Source of the DNA: Basidiobolus meristosporus CBS 931.73
Taxonomy: Eukaryota; Fungi; Basidiobolomycota
Direction of reading: 5' to 3'
DNA: 64,000 nt
Assembly (NCBI GenBank): GCA_002104905.1
Contig: MCFE01000149.1
Span: 89,404 to 153,403 of the forward strand
Each line of letters begins with the position of its first letter. Position 1 is the stretch's first letter. The position numbers and the translations under genes were made by a program. The notes under the pieces were generated by a model. That model saw only the letters and a program-made list of their open reading frames with translations. It was not told the DNA's origin and made no database searches. This document shows positions 52,254 to 62,627 of the stretch, in pieces.

Positions 52254-53948
52254 CTACAATCTTTTGATCTTTGCTGGAGATGTGAAAACCAAACGCGCTA
52301 ACAAATTAATGCCTAAGTAAATTACACTGGCACTAAACAATGTCAGGACGGTGACTATTGCCACCCACAGATCAAGATTGTTAGCCTTCCACCAAGGCAT
52401 TCGCTGGTCCGCCGGCTTGATTAGCTCCAGCATTCCAGGAACTGCCATCATCTCAACCAAGTCGGCTGCGTAACCGATACGTCTATTAAATATATTGATC
52501 AGTCTTTTCAGTTCAGTCACCGTCGTCTCTATTTCCTTCGCTGAGTGACCGCCTAATATGTGCTCCAGTGCAGAGTGCATCCTACTTGTGCCGACATCCT
52601 TCCATGAAATCCGCATACCTGCATTCATGGCTTCGATTATCAAAGCGTTCGACGGCTGGTCCGAAAATCCTGGAATACCCAAAATAGGCGTCCCAGCTTC
52701 CATGGCTTCGTGGATTGATCCAAGACCGCAGTGAGAGATGAACAGCTTTACAGATGGATGCTTTAACACCGCTCGTTGCGGGGCCCTTTCCAAAATACGG
52801 ATGAACGGATGCTTGCCACGCTGCATGCTCTCCAGATAATGCTCTTCACTCACCGTTTCCCCGGACTTTGACGTGTAGTTCGTATATGTTACGGCATTGA
52901 GCTCGTGAGCATGAGTATTCATTAGCCCCCAGACTACGCCGTCAATTAGCCCTGCATGATAAGCAACGCTCAGGGATTGAACCAATGCATCGAATTCAGT
53001 TGGTTTGACCGCCGTCAAACTGCCAAAGGCTATGTAAATGCTACGCTTGTGTGTATCGAGAAACTGTTGAAGCTCATGTGAAAGTGATTCGTAGGATTGT
53101 GACAGAGTGGGCCCAATATAGTGGACATTCGGGGGAACAGGCCGTGGTTGGTCGATCCACGGAACAGATGCGACAAACACTAAACTCTTCTCGCAAGCTT
53201 GTATTAGTGTTGTATAGGGTTCAATGCCAACTTCCTCAAATACTTTGAGTTGGCGCCGATAACTTGGACCCATCGCATATTCTTTCTTCAGTGGCAAGAG
53301 AAACTTCTCATGCATTCGTTCCCAAAATGAAGCGTGCTCCAATGTGACTTTAGACGAGCTTCGTAGGTACGGCAAATAAGGCTGATTGCCGAATTCATGG
53401 ATATCGAGAGAAGTCTGTACAATGATACACGGAACATTGAGAGAATGTGCCGCGTCAATACATGGTCTAGCAAAATAATCACACATGACAACATCCATTG
53501 GGTTATCATGGTGTGACTGACCGGATATAATCCCTCGGAATAAGGTATACAAACGAGCATAGTCTTCGAACATGACATCATAGTTATGATCATAAATGTT
53601 GTCAGGATTACTGATGGCTAGTGTAGTTAGCTGCTCTAGCATATAAGCGAACTCCTCACGCGATGGTTGCACGCCTCCAAGGTCAACCAAATTGAGTTTG
53701 TCAATTCCAGATCCCCATTTCAGGTTATAGTGAAATGCTGCGAAGTAAACGCTGTGTTGACGGTCGATTAACGTTTTGCCAATCTCCAAATGTGCCACAG
53801 CGTGTGTATAGGAAGCATATGTAACTGCTGTTAATATTCGCAAAGGAGGGGAGTCTGCTTCTGCTGTTGTCGTCTTCTCAGTAACTATTGAAGCCATAAG
53901 AAAGATAACTTCGACAAAGACATGACGGCTGTATATTGACAATCTCAT
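52254..53948 (-). CDS. UDP-glycosyltransferase (GT1), ER-type topology; intronless, 564 aa from first ATG
   Basis: N-terminal catalytic-His region (YASYTHAVAH), VVMCDYF and YIAFGS; PSPG box APQRAVLKHPSVKLFISHCGLGSIHEAMEAGTPILGIPGFSDQ; C-terminal TM helix and KIKRL* (KxKxx). Confidence 0.93.
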   Translation of the reverse strand: MRLSIYSRHVFVEVIFLMASIVTEKTTTAEADSPPLRILTAVTYASYTHAVAHLEIGKTLIDRQHSVYFAAFHYNLKWGSGIDKLNLVDLGGVQPSREEFAYMLEQLTTLAISNPDNIYDHNYDVMFEDYARLYTLFRGIISGQSHHDNPMDVVMCDYFARPCIDAAHSLNVPCIIVQTSLDIHEFGNQPYLPYLRSSSKVTLEHASFWERMHEKFLLPLKKEYAMGPSYRRQLKVFEEVGIEPYTTLIQACEKSLVFVASVPWIDQPRPVPPNVHYIGPTLSQSYESLSHELQQFLDTHKRSIYIAFGSLTAVKPTEFDALVQSLSVAYHAGLIDGVVWGLMNTHAHELNAVTYTNYTSKSGETVSEEHYLESMQRGKHPFIRILERAPQRAVLKHPSVKLFISHCGLGSIHEAMEAGTPILGIPGFSDQPSNALIIEAMNAGMRISWKDVGTSRMHSALEHILGGHSAKEIETTVTELKRLINIFNRRIGYAADLVEMMAVPGMLELIKPADQRMPWWKANNLDLWVAIVTVLTLFSASVIYLGINLLARLVFTSPAKIKRL

Positions 53949-54720
53949 GATACAGGGTAAAGGAGCAGTATGGTTTGCACAAGAAAGAATAACGCAAGGG
54001 GGCAGCCACACCTTATTGACCTACAAAGCATATTTATCATAAGCATTCGCTTTTAAGCCACTATCAATAATTAGCAGTCAAGGCTGCTGAAACAAGGCCT
54101 GAATTGATGATGTATCCCAAATAATCGATTTACGATCGTGAAGATTGTCACAATGTGGTGATATACGCAGAACTGCGGAATTGCGGTGGTACCCTTAATA
54201 GTAACCGCAATCATTCAGTAGGATTATGGGATACATTATCCATTAATGCATATCATGGTTATATGGGGATACTATCCAAATTCAAGGCATGATTTTATCT
54301 TTTCTGAAGAACTTGTGCATAATTTACCAGTTTTTGTCTATACCTTACAATTATATTGGTGGTATAAAGAATACATCAATGATGTAATTGTTGTAAAAAT
54401 TTGTATTTCCACCTAAATATTCACCTAACTTAGTCACTTAGATCATTCCCCTCAAATCCTAGAGAATACTGACCAAATTCCTTGTTGGGATTTACTTAGA
54501 ATATATACCCAGAACATGAAAATTCTCAAAGTTGTCCAAACAGCCCCAAACTTTGCACACATGTTCTTGGGACCTTCCTTAACCTATTCTACGTGTTTGT
54601 AATGCCAAGACCAGGTAAAAGTATAAATACTACTTTTACATTCAATAAATCATCAAGTGAAAACCACATAATCTACTTGTCCTCCCAATCACTTCCAATA
54701 TCTCCAAGACTCTTACAACA

Positions 54721-54732
54721 GGTTATGAGCCC
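54721..54732 (+). promoter_or_regulatory. Primer-binding site GGTTATGAGCCC (copia/Ty5 type, anticodon region of initiator tRNA-Met)
   Basis: Immediately follows the 5' LTR; matches the Ty5/copia half-tRNA PBS as I recall it; the gag ATG (54725) lies inside it. Confidence 0.8.
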
Positions 54733-57700
54733 CAAGCTGTCACTCTCTGCAATGTCTACTACTGCTATTACTGGAATTTTTCCCTCTGCTGAAAAGTTGG
54801 ATGGATCTAACTACCAAGTGTGGAAGGTGAAGATGAAGATGCTGCTACAAAAAAGAGGCCTTTGGGATATTGTTATGGGAGAAGAATGCCCTCCAAAAAA
54901 CATGGGAGAGGAAGCCTTAAAGTACCAGAAGAAAGAACAAAGTGCCTTTAACTGCATTTGCCTTAATGTCAAGGACAAATTGCTAATTCAATGCTCAAGA
55001 GCAAAAGCAGCAAAGAATGCCTGGAAGGCATTAGAAGACACCTACCAGTCATGTTCAGCTGCCAAGAAAATGTATCTGAGACAAAAATTCTTTACTACAA
55101 AGATGCTGCCAGGAGAAGAAATGAAGAATCTAATTAACAGAATTACCCTGCTAGTAGATGAGATGGAATCTGTGGGCATACCAACTACTGATGAGGATGT
55201 GATAGTTACCATCCTGAATGGCCTGACAGACAAGTTTCAGGGCCTTGTATCAGCCCTAGAGTCCAGAACTGAAGATTTGACCTTAAATTACATATATGGA
55301 AGGCTCCTGGATGAAGAATTAAGAAAATCAAGTGCCAATAAGAAGGAAGAAGAAAATGCTTTAATAAGCAATGATAACCAACAAAGGAGGTACCCAAGAC
55401 CCTACAAAGGCAACAGCAACCTGTTTTGTAACTACTGCAAAAGGAAAGGACACACATCAGACTGGTGTCTCAAAAAGAGAGATAATCAGCAAAAGAAGCC
55501 TGAATATGGAAATGCTGCAACAACTGAAGATAGACTATTCATATCTGCACTAAATATGACCACAAACAAGGATTCTCAGACATGGTATATTGACTCTGGA
55601 GCTTCTCAACACTTAACACACCAAAAAGAACTTTTTACCCAATATCAAGAAATTCCAATCAAGAAGGTTTTCATGGGTGACAGTAGAACACTTGATGCAG
55701 TGGGAGAAGGAACTATCCAAGTAAACCTTAGCAGCAGTGAAGGAAGCCATACACTGACCTTTAAAGAAGTACTCTATGTACCAGAAATAGCCAAGAACCT
55801 ACTCTCTGTAAGCAAGGCCACAGCAGAAGGACTCAGTTTCAATTTTGACAATTCTGGATGCAGGATAACTGATCAAGATGGTGCCCATATTGCTTTGGGC
55901 ATCAGAGATCAGAATCTGTACAAGTTGACTTATATTCCATCATATCTGGAAGCCAATATAAGTAACTTAAATGAAGAAACACCAATGCTTTGGCACAGGA
56001 GATTTGGGCACATTAATTTTGATTATTTGCGTAAAATGATCAAAGATCAGCTAATTTCTGGAGTGAAAATTGATCCCCTAGCTAATTTGGAGCACTGTGA
56101 AGCCTGCATATATGGGAAACAAGCCAGACAACTGTTCAAGAGCTCTAGGTTAATCAAAACTAAGAAAAAATTAAACCTAATTCACTCAGATCTGTGTGGA
56201 CCTATGCAAAATTTATCCTTAGGCGGGATGAAGTATTTAATCACTTTTATTGATGATTTTACAAGATACACATGGGTCTACTTCATGGAGAGAAAGGAAG
56301 AAGCTCTGTCTAAGTTCAGGGAGCTTAAAGCCATGGTGGAGAGAGAAACTGGTGAAAAAATCAAGAAAATATGCTCTGACAATGGTGGAGAATATATCTC
56401 AAAACTCTTCATCCACTTCTGCAAAATCCATGGGATAAAGCAAGAGACTACTGTACCATACTCCCCACAGCAAAATGGAGTAGCAGAACAAGCTAACAGA
56501 TCAATAATTGATATGGCAAGATCTATGATCCATGATCAAAAATTATCCTATGATTTTTGGGCGGAATCAGTTGCCACTGCTGTATATCTTAAAAATAGGA
56601 GTTATCACAGAATACTTTGTGATTCTACTCCATTTGAAGCATGGTATGGATACAGTCCAAGTGCAGAACATCTAAGAATATTTGGGTGTACAGCATATGC
56701 CAAAAAACTGGCCGGAAATCAGTCAAAATTTGAGCCAAAAAGTGTAAAATGCATATATTTGGGCTACTGCAATGAGAGTAAGGCACACAGACTCTAAAAT
56801 ACCAAAGCAAAGAAGCTGATCAAGTCCAGGGATGTGTTGTTTGATGAGAATTCAAAATTTTCACAAAAAATGACATCAGATGATGACAAAAATTTGATCT
56901 CAAGTCCACCAATTGTCAGGATTGAATCAGAGCAAAACAATGAAAATTTTTTCACTCCAGAGGACTCTACAACCATGGTTTAGCCAGAATCAGTGCCCAG
57001 GAATGTCCCAGAAGTGATCATTCCAGTATCAAATGCCTGGAGATCAAATCGGACAAGAAATAGCCCAAATTACTATATCAATGAGGGTACAAACTTAGCC
57101 TATGCCTATTCAGTCCATATCAATGAACCCCAGACTGTAAAAGAGGCCCTAAATAGCCCTCAGACAAAGTTTTGGAGATCTGCAATGACTGAGGAATATC
57201 AGGCCCTGATGGAAAATCAAACTTGGGACTTAGTCAAATTACCAATCAACCAAAAATCAATTGGATGCAGATGGGTCTTCAAGACAAAATACAAGGCTGA
57301 TGGTACAATTGAAAGATACAAAGCAAGACTTGTAGCCAAAGGATACTCTCAAACAAAAGGACTTGACTATACTGAGACCTTTGCACCAGTAGCCAAGTTT
57401 AATTCCATCAGATTAATATTGGCTATTGCAGCCAAATATAAGTTTTATATTCATCAAGTAGATGTAAAAACTGCATTTTTGAATGGAGAACTTGATGAGG
57501 ACGTGTATATGGACCAGCCTGATGGGTTTGTTGACCAAGATAACCCCCATTTGGTCTGCAAGCTTAAGAAGTCACTATATGGTCTCAAACAATCACCAAG
57601 AGCCTGGAATTGCAAGATAGATTCTTAATTGGAATCTTTGAGTTTCAAAAGAAGTAATGCTGACTATAGTATATACTGTAAGCCAGATAGAGCAAATCTA

Positions 57701-58700
57701 GTTCTATTAGCTCTATATGTGGATGATCTTATTATAGCCACCAATAACCTAGAAACATTGGAAGAAACTAAATCCAGCCTATCTAAGGAGTTCAAGATGT
57801 CTGATTTAGGAGAACTTAGTTACTACTTAGGGATTAAGTTCTCCATAGACAGAAGTACCCAGACTATCACCCTAAGCCAATCCAGGTATATTCAAGATAT
57901 ACTAAAGAAGTACCAAATGGAAGACTGTAAGCCAGCAGCTACCCCAATGGAGACAAACCTTAACTTGGTCAAAACTCAACCAAATCAAGAGAGCCTGGTG
58001 CCATCTGAAAGCCCTGACTTTCCTTATCAATCAATGGTTGACAGTCTGATGTATATTATGCTTGGAACACGTCAAGATATCTCATATTCAGTAGGAGTTA
58101 TCAGCCAACATAATCAGAACTACAGATCTGATCATATTGCAGCAGTTAAGCGGATTTTTAGATACCTAAAAGAAACTGCTGATATTTGCTTAAGATACAC
58201 TTATAAGGACTCAGAACAAGATCTTGTGGGATACCCTGATGCAGATTGGGGACAAAATTTAGAAGACAGAATATCCACCACAGGATACACCTTTCTTTAC
58301 TGTAAAGGAGCATTTCATGGAATTCAAGAGAGCAACCAACTGTAGCACTTTCCACCACAGAGGCAGAGTATATGGCAGCCTGTGAAGCTACAAAAGAAGC
58401 AATGTGGTTAAGAAAGCTGCTTACAGATTTAGGCCTATGTCAAAAAAACGCCTATTACTTTAATTCAAGATAATCAAGGATGTATACAATTAGGTAGAAA
58501 TCCAACTTTTCATGCTAGAACCAAGCACATAGATATTAGACATCATTTCATATGTGAAGCTATAGAGAATAGCTTAGTTAGCTTAGGTTACTGTCCTATA
58601 GATGAAATGATTGCAGACATATTTACCAAACCATTAGCTAGAGACAAGTTTGAATATCTTAGGTCAAAATTAGGACTAGTCAGTATGAACATTTAGCTGA
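54725..58700 (+). pseudogene. Copia gag-pol polyprotein with premature stops (56795, about 56980, 57626) and a frameshift near 58310
   Basis: gag KLDGSNYQVWK and CNYCKRKGHTSDWC; protease WYIDSGASQH; GAG-pre LWHRRFGH...CEAC; integrase HSDLCGP...SDNGGEY...QNGVAE; RT YKARLVAKG...VKTAFLNG...LYVDD; RNase H RTKHIDIRHHF...ADIFTK. Confidence 0.95.
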
Positions 58701-58707
58701 GTGGGAG
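58699..58707 (+). promoter_or_regulatory. Polypurine tract GAGTGGGAG
   Basis: Directly precedes the 3' LTR. Confidence 0.75.
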
Positions 58708-59244
58708 TGTTGTAGAAATTTGTATTTCCACCTAAATATTCACCTAACTTATTCACTTAGATTGGTACCCTCAAATCCTACAGAATACTGACCAAATTCC
58801 TTGTTGGGATTTACTTAGAATAATTTCACCAAAATACCTGGTACACAGAACATGAAAATTCTCAAAGTTGTCCAAACAGCCCCAAACTTTGCACACATGT
58901 TCTTGGGACCTTCCTTAACCTATTCTACGTGTTTGTAATGCCAAGACCAGGTAAAAGTATAAATACTACTTTTACATTCAATAAATCATTAAGTGAAAAC
59001 CACATAATCTACTTGTCCTCCCAATCACTTCCAATATCTCCAAGACTCTTACAACAGTAATGACAAGTAGTGCTGAAGATAAAGTGACAGAGAAGAAGGT
59101 GACATGAATTCCATAAGATGATGATGTACTGCTTAGTATAAAGATATTCTACTTGCACACCTAACTATGGCATGGCTTCCAATAATTAGTTTGCTTAAAA
59201 AATATGGTGAGTGATTTGTGACTTTCACCAAGGATGTGTTAAGA

Positions 59245-59379
59245 GGTGGGAGGGAAAGTCACCATGTTTATGGAATCTTTACTTTGGCAGGGACAGGGTT
59301 CAGTTAGGGGGGAGACAGCCACCTACAGGTCAAATCTTTATTAAGGGGGGGAGACAGTCACCAACAGGTGAAATCTTTA
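59245..59379 (-). repeat. Two to three imperfect 37-39 bp repeats downstream of LINE ORF2 (putative 3' UTR)
   Basis: 59304-59340 TTAGGGGGGAGACAGCCACCTACAGGTCAAATCTTTA and 59341-59379 TTAAGGGGGGGAGACAGTCACCAACAGGTGAAATCTTTA, plus a weaker copy at about 59245-59281; the sense strand reads AATAAA twice. Confidence 0.7.
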
Positions 59380-59405
59380 TTTCAGTTGAAACAAAGAAGC
59401 CAGCG

Positions 59406-62174
59406 CTACTGTTGTAGCTTTGATACAAGAGTGTGTAGCTGAGGGGAATTTGTAGGTAAGTTAATAAGAAGTGATGATAGTTCTTCAGTGCTCAAGACAC
59501 TGTTGAGTGGGAAGGGGGGTAGCAAGAGAGGTAAGAATGACTTGTGAACAACATTAATGAGGGGAATGTGATAAGGATTGATATTCATCATAAAGGGAGT
59601 GTGCTGCTGCAGATATTGCTGCCAAAGGTCTGTCAAGTACTTCAGGTAGGCCAGCTTGGGTTTTTCTGACTGCAGAATAAATTCAGCAAACTTCTTGACT
59701 TCAGGATCTCCAAGTATAGTTCTCCAGCAGGAGCCAGGTGTTGTGTGGTGTGTTCTCTTCCAGGCCTTAATCAGTGGGTTGTTGCAGTTGTGAAGTCTGA
59801 GGTATAATCTGGTTCTAAGGTAGAGAAGTCTGATCTTATAGGGCATAAACCCAAAAGCACCAAGAATAGCATGTCTGTAGGGGCATTCAGGCAAATGAGG
59901 CACCAAGGAGGTAATGCACCATACTGCAAACTTGTCAAGCTTAGTGCAGTCTCTAGAAGTAAGAGAGAGAAGTGGTAAGCCAAATTCCAGGACAGGGAAG
60001 ACAAACTGCTTGAGTAGAAGGAGGCAGCTGGGAGCTGAAGTTGTAGGAGGAGTAACAGCCAGTAGCTTGTGGAGTGCCTGTCTTGCCAGGATAATTCTCT
60101 TCTTCAGGTGTGCTCCAGAGTCTAGTCCAGTAGGAAGGAAAGGAAAGCCAAGATATGTAGCAGAAACCTGAGCAGGTAAAGTGGAGTTCTCCAAGTTGAT
60201 GGGAGAGCCCAAAGGTACTGTCTTTGCAATGGAAAGCTGGAGATTATTCTTCTGCAGATACTGGTGGATGGTCTGGGAGTCTTGTTGCACATTGGAGGAG
60301 GATATTCTGATGTCATCAGCAAAGAGAGTAACCAGGCAGTCAGCTGAGAGTCTTGGGAAATCATTCAGGAAGATGGCAAACAGTATAGGACCAAGCACAG
60401 AGCCTTGAACCACTCCATTAGGAACTGAGAACACAGCTGATTGCTCACTTGGGTGCAGAATTCTTGCTTGTGGATCCACAAACAGAGACCTGACAAGGAG
60501 GGTGAGAGAGGTACTGGAGAAGCATTGCAACTTGGACCAAAGCAGATTTCTGTCAACTGAATCAAAGGCCTTAGTAATATCAAACAGAACAGAGGGATAC
60601 TTGCACTGGAGAGAGTGATCTTGGCTAAGTATGACTGCATATTCCAAGGAGAGGCCAGGAACAAAGCCAAACTGTGCAGGATGAAACTTGAGGGAGTCAG
60701 AGTAGAGCTCCTGAGCAAGCAGAAGCTCAAACACCTTTCTGCAGGTGGGCAGCAGAGATATTGGCCTGTAGGAGCTAGGATCCAGGTGCTTTCCTTTACC
60801 CTTGTACAGTGGCAGAACATTTGCAAAGGACCATTCCTCAGGAGTAGAAAGCTGGGCTGAGCATTGCTGAAACAGTGGAAGCAGAAGTGCAGACATGGCC
60901 TTGGTACTAGTCTTCAGAAGCTCATAAGAGATTGTGTCCACACCTGGAGCAGTAGAGTTGGGAAGCCTCTTGAGCACATTATGGATTCTCCTTTGATCAA
61001 GTGCAAGTGGGATGGGCAGAGTCTTGAAGTCAGGATGAAAGCCAGGAGTTGAGTACTGCTTTGTAGAGAAGAAGATGTTAGCCAGCTGTTCTGTTGAAGG
61101 TAACTTCCTGGAAGAGGGCCTCATTGCCCTGTAGAGTCTTGATACTGTTCTTGTTATAGAGTTGGAAGATTGCAGAGGCAAGGAACTCATAATATGATCC
61201 CAGAGCTGAGTATGCAGAGTGTGGTGAATTGCCTTGGAGTGGTGTATTGCTGTCAGGAGGAGTTTCTCTGTTTTTGGGTTAGGGAAACTCAGGTAGCTTT
61301 GTTGCAGGGCTGAAACAATGGATTCCCATTTTCTTGAGGTAACAGCAGTAGTCTTGCATGGCAGTGAGAGGGAGGCAGACACCAGAATCAGATGCTTCAC
61401 AAAGAGCCAGGCATAGTTGAGATCATCTGGCAGAGAAAGTAGCAAACTGGCAAGCTTCAAGTAGTTCCCAAAGTCTTTCTTCTGATTCTTGGTAGCTTTG
61501 TGGGTGAGCACAGTAAGTTTTGGCAGCTTCTTCTTCACAACTGGTTGCATAGAAAGGGACCAGGCTGGATGGTCAGAGGCTCTCAAGGATCCTAGCTCAG
61601 CTCCAGAGAATTGCTTAACTTCATCCACAAAGTAGAGGGCAGCAGCAGAAGGGCAGATCCAGTCAACACATCTTTTCTCAGATTGAGCACCTAGTGCTAG
61701 CAGATGGCTTTCTCTCAGGAAGTTCAGTAGGAATGTAGACCTTGGCTTCATTCTTGCAGTCAGAGTAGTCTTGTTCTCAGGATGGGGAATGTTGAGATCT
61801 CCAAGCAAGATAACAGGTGTTGATATAGATTGTTGGTATTGCTGAACCTTCTGGCATATAACTTGCACTTCCTGAAGGGCTAGACTTGGAGGCAGATAGC
61901 AGAGCACCAGACTGATAGTTGGCAACTGGAGAGCAGCACAGTAAGGGGAGTAAAGAGGAACACAGAGCTGAGGAGTATTGATGGTAGAAGAGATGAAGCA
62001 GATAGAGGAGGTATTCTTTGTTCTAGGAGTAGAAAAGCAATATAGATTAGTCAAAAGTATAGAGGGTAGCTGGACATCAATCAAACACAGGAGGGAAAAT
62101 CTTGAAAGAAGTCTCTCTAGAGTTGGTCTTGATGGCTGTATGCTGTTGCAGTTAAGCAACAGAACTTCAGGTAG
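59406..62174 (-). CDS. Non-LTR retrotransposon ORF2: APE-type endonuclease plus reverse transcriptase (922 aa open frame, no AUG before the EN core)
   Basis: EN: LLLNCNS, CYLPP, LGDLN, VDWI, SDH. RT: APGVDTISYELLK, YRPISLLPTCRKVFE, QFGF, FDITKAFDSV, GVVQGSVLGPILF, LFADD, YLGF. No internal stop or frameshift. Confidence 0.95.
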   Translation of the reverse strand, partial: LPEVLLLNCNSIQPSRPTLERLLSRFSLLCLIDVQLPSILLTNLYCFSTPRTKNTSSICFISSTINTPQLCVPLYSPYCAALQLPTISLVLCYLPPSLALQEVQVICQKVQQYQQSISTPVILLGDLNIPHPENKTTLTARMKPRSTFLLNFLRESHLLALGAQSEKRCVDWICPSAAALYFVDEVKQFSGAELGSLRASDHPAWSLSMQPVVKKKLPKLTVLTHKATKNQKKDFGNYLKLASLLLSLPDDLNYAWLFVKHLILVSASLSLPCKTTAVTSRKWESIVSALQQSYLSFPNPKTEKLLLTAIHHSKAIHHTLHTQLWDHIMSSLPLQSSNSITRTVSRLYRAMRPSSRKLPSTEQLANIFFSTKQYSTPGFHPDFKTLPIPLALDQRRIHNVLKRLPNSTAPGVDTISYELLKTSTKAMSALLLPLFQQCSAQLSTPEEWSFANVLPLYKGKGKHLDPSSYRPISLLPTCRKVFELLLAQELYSDSLKFHPAQFGFVPGLSLEYAVILSQDHSLQCKYPSVLFDITKAFDSVDRNLLWSKLQCFSSTSLTLLVRSLFVDPQARILHPSEQSAVFSVPNGVVQGSVLGPILFAIFLNDFPRLSADCLVTLFADDIRISSSNVQQDSQTIHQYLQKNNLQLSIAKTVPLGSPINLENSTLPAQVSATYLGFPFLPTGLDSGAHLKKRIILARQALHKLLAVTPPTTSAPSCLLLLKQFVFPVLEFGLPLLSLTSRDCTKLDKFAVWCITSLVPHLPECPYRHAILGAFGFMPYKIRLLYLRTRLYLRLHNCNNPLIKAWKRTHHTTPGSCWRTILGDPEVKKFAEFILQSEKPKLAYLKYLTDLWQQYLQQHTPFMMNINPYHIPLINVVHKSFLPLLLPPFPLNSVLSTEELSSLLINLPTNSPQLHTLVSKLQQ

Positions 62175-62627
62175 TCAGGCAGAGGTTGTAGCTTCTTCAG
62201 AGGCAGCATTGATAATGTGACCTGCAGAGTCCCAGAGCTCTTCAAATGGTGCATCACTTAAGTCAGCAAGGAGGGAAATGGCATGATTCTTGAGGAAGTA
62301 TGCCACATCATAGGAGGGGGCTTGTCTCTTGATGGCAGCAAAGAAAGACAGAATGGCAACATGGGCTGGAGGCTTGTTGAACAGTAGAGAGTCAGAGGAT
62401 TCAGATTCTTCAGGCACTATCTTGAAGTCAGTTTTCAGCCAGTTAAGGTTCTTCTCCACAAAGGTAACAAATGGGTCAGCAATGTTTTGGTCTAGGATAA
62501 CCTCCAGAATCTTCCCTTTTCTCCAGGCCAGGTTGACAATTCTTGAGAGCTGAATATTGCATGCCTTGAGTGCTTTCCTGATGTTGGAAATGGGAGTCCA
62601 GGGAACTTGCTTCAAGTACACCACAGT
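62175..62627 (-). CDS. Non-LTR retrotransposon ORF1, C-terminal 150 codons only (5'-truncated at a telomeric tract)
   Basis: In frame with ORF2, separated by a single TGA (62175-62177). VYLKQVPWTPISNIRKALKACNIQLSRIVNL resembles the conserved block of fungal LINE ORF1 proteins as I recall them. The upstream frame is closed by TAA inside the telomeric tract, and there is no ATG. Confidence 0.6.
   Translation of the reverse strand, partial: TVVYLKQVPWTPISNIRKALKACNIQLSRIVNLAWRKGKILEVILDQNIADPFVTFVEKNLNWLKTDFKIVPEESESSDSLLFNKPPAHVAILSFFAAIKRQAPSYDVAYFLKNHAISLLADLSDAPFEELWDSAGHIINAASEEATTSA

Larger units (their letters stand above)
54389..59056 (+). mobile_element. Full-length Ty1/copia retrotransposon (4668 bp), disrupted
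   Basis: LTRs 54389-54720 (332 bp) and 58708-59056 (349 bp), TG...CA; TSD GTAAT at 54384-54388 and 59057-59061; PBS and PPT present. The LTRs differ by about 8 substitutions and one 17-bp indel. Confidence 0.97.

Noticed and set aside
62175-62177. In-frame UGA as selenocysteine or an alternative genetic code
   Set aside because: WTAP, Sec4 and Ypt7 use TGA as a normal stop, and the position is an interdomain linker with no redox motif.
59771-62553. Alternative-frame and antisense ORFs overlapping the LINE (likewise in the copia, PRODH and UGT)
   Set aside because: Shadows of the real coding frame with no independent motifs.
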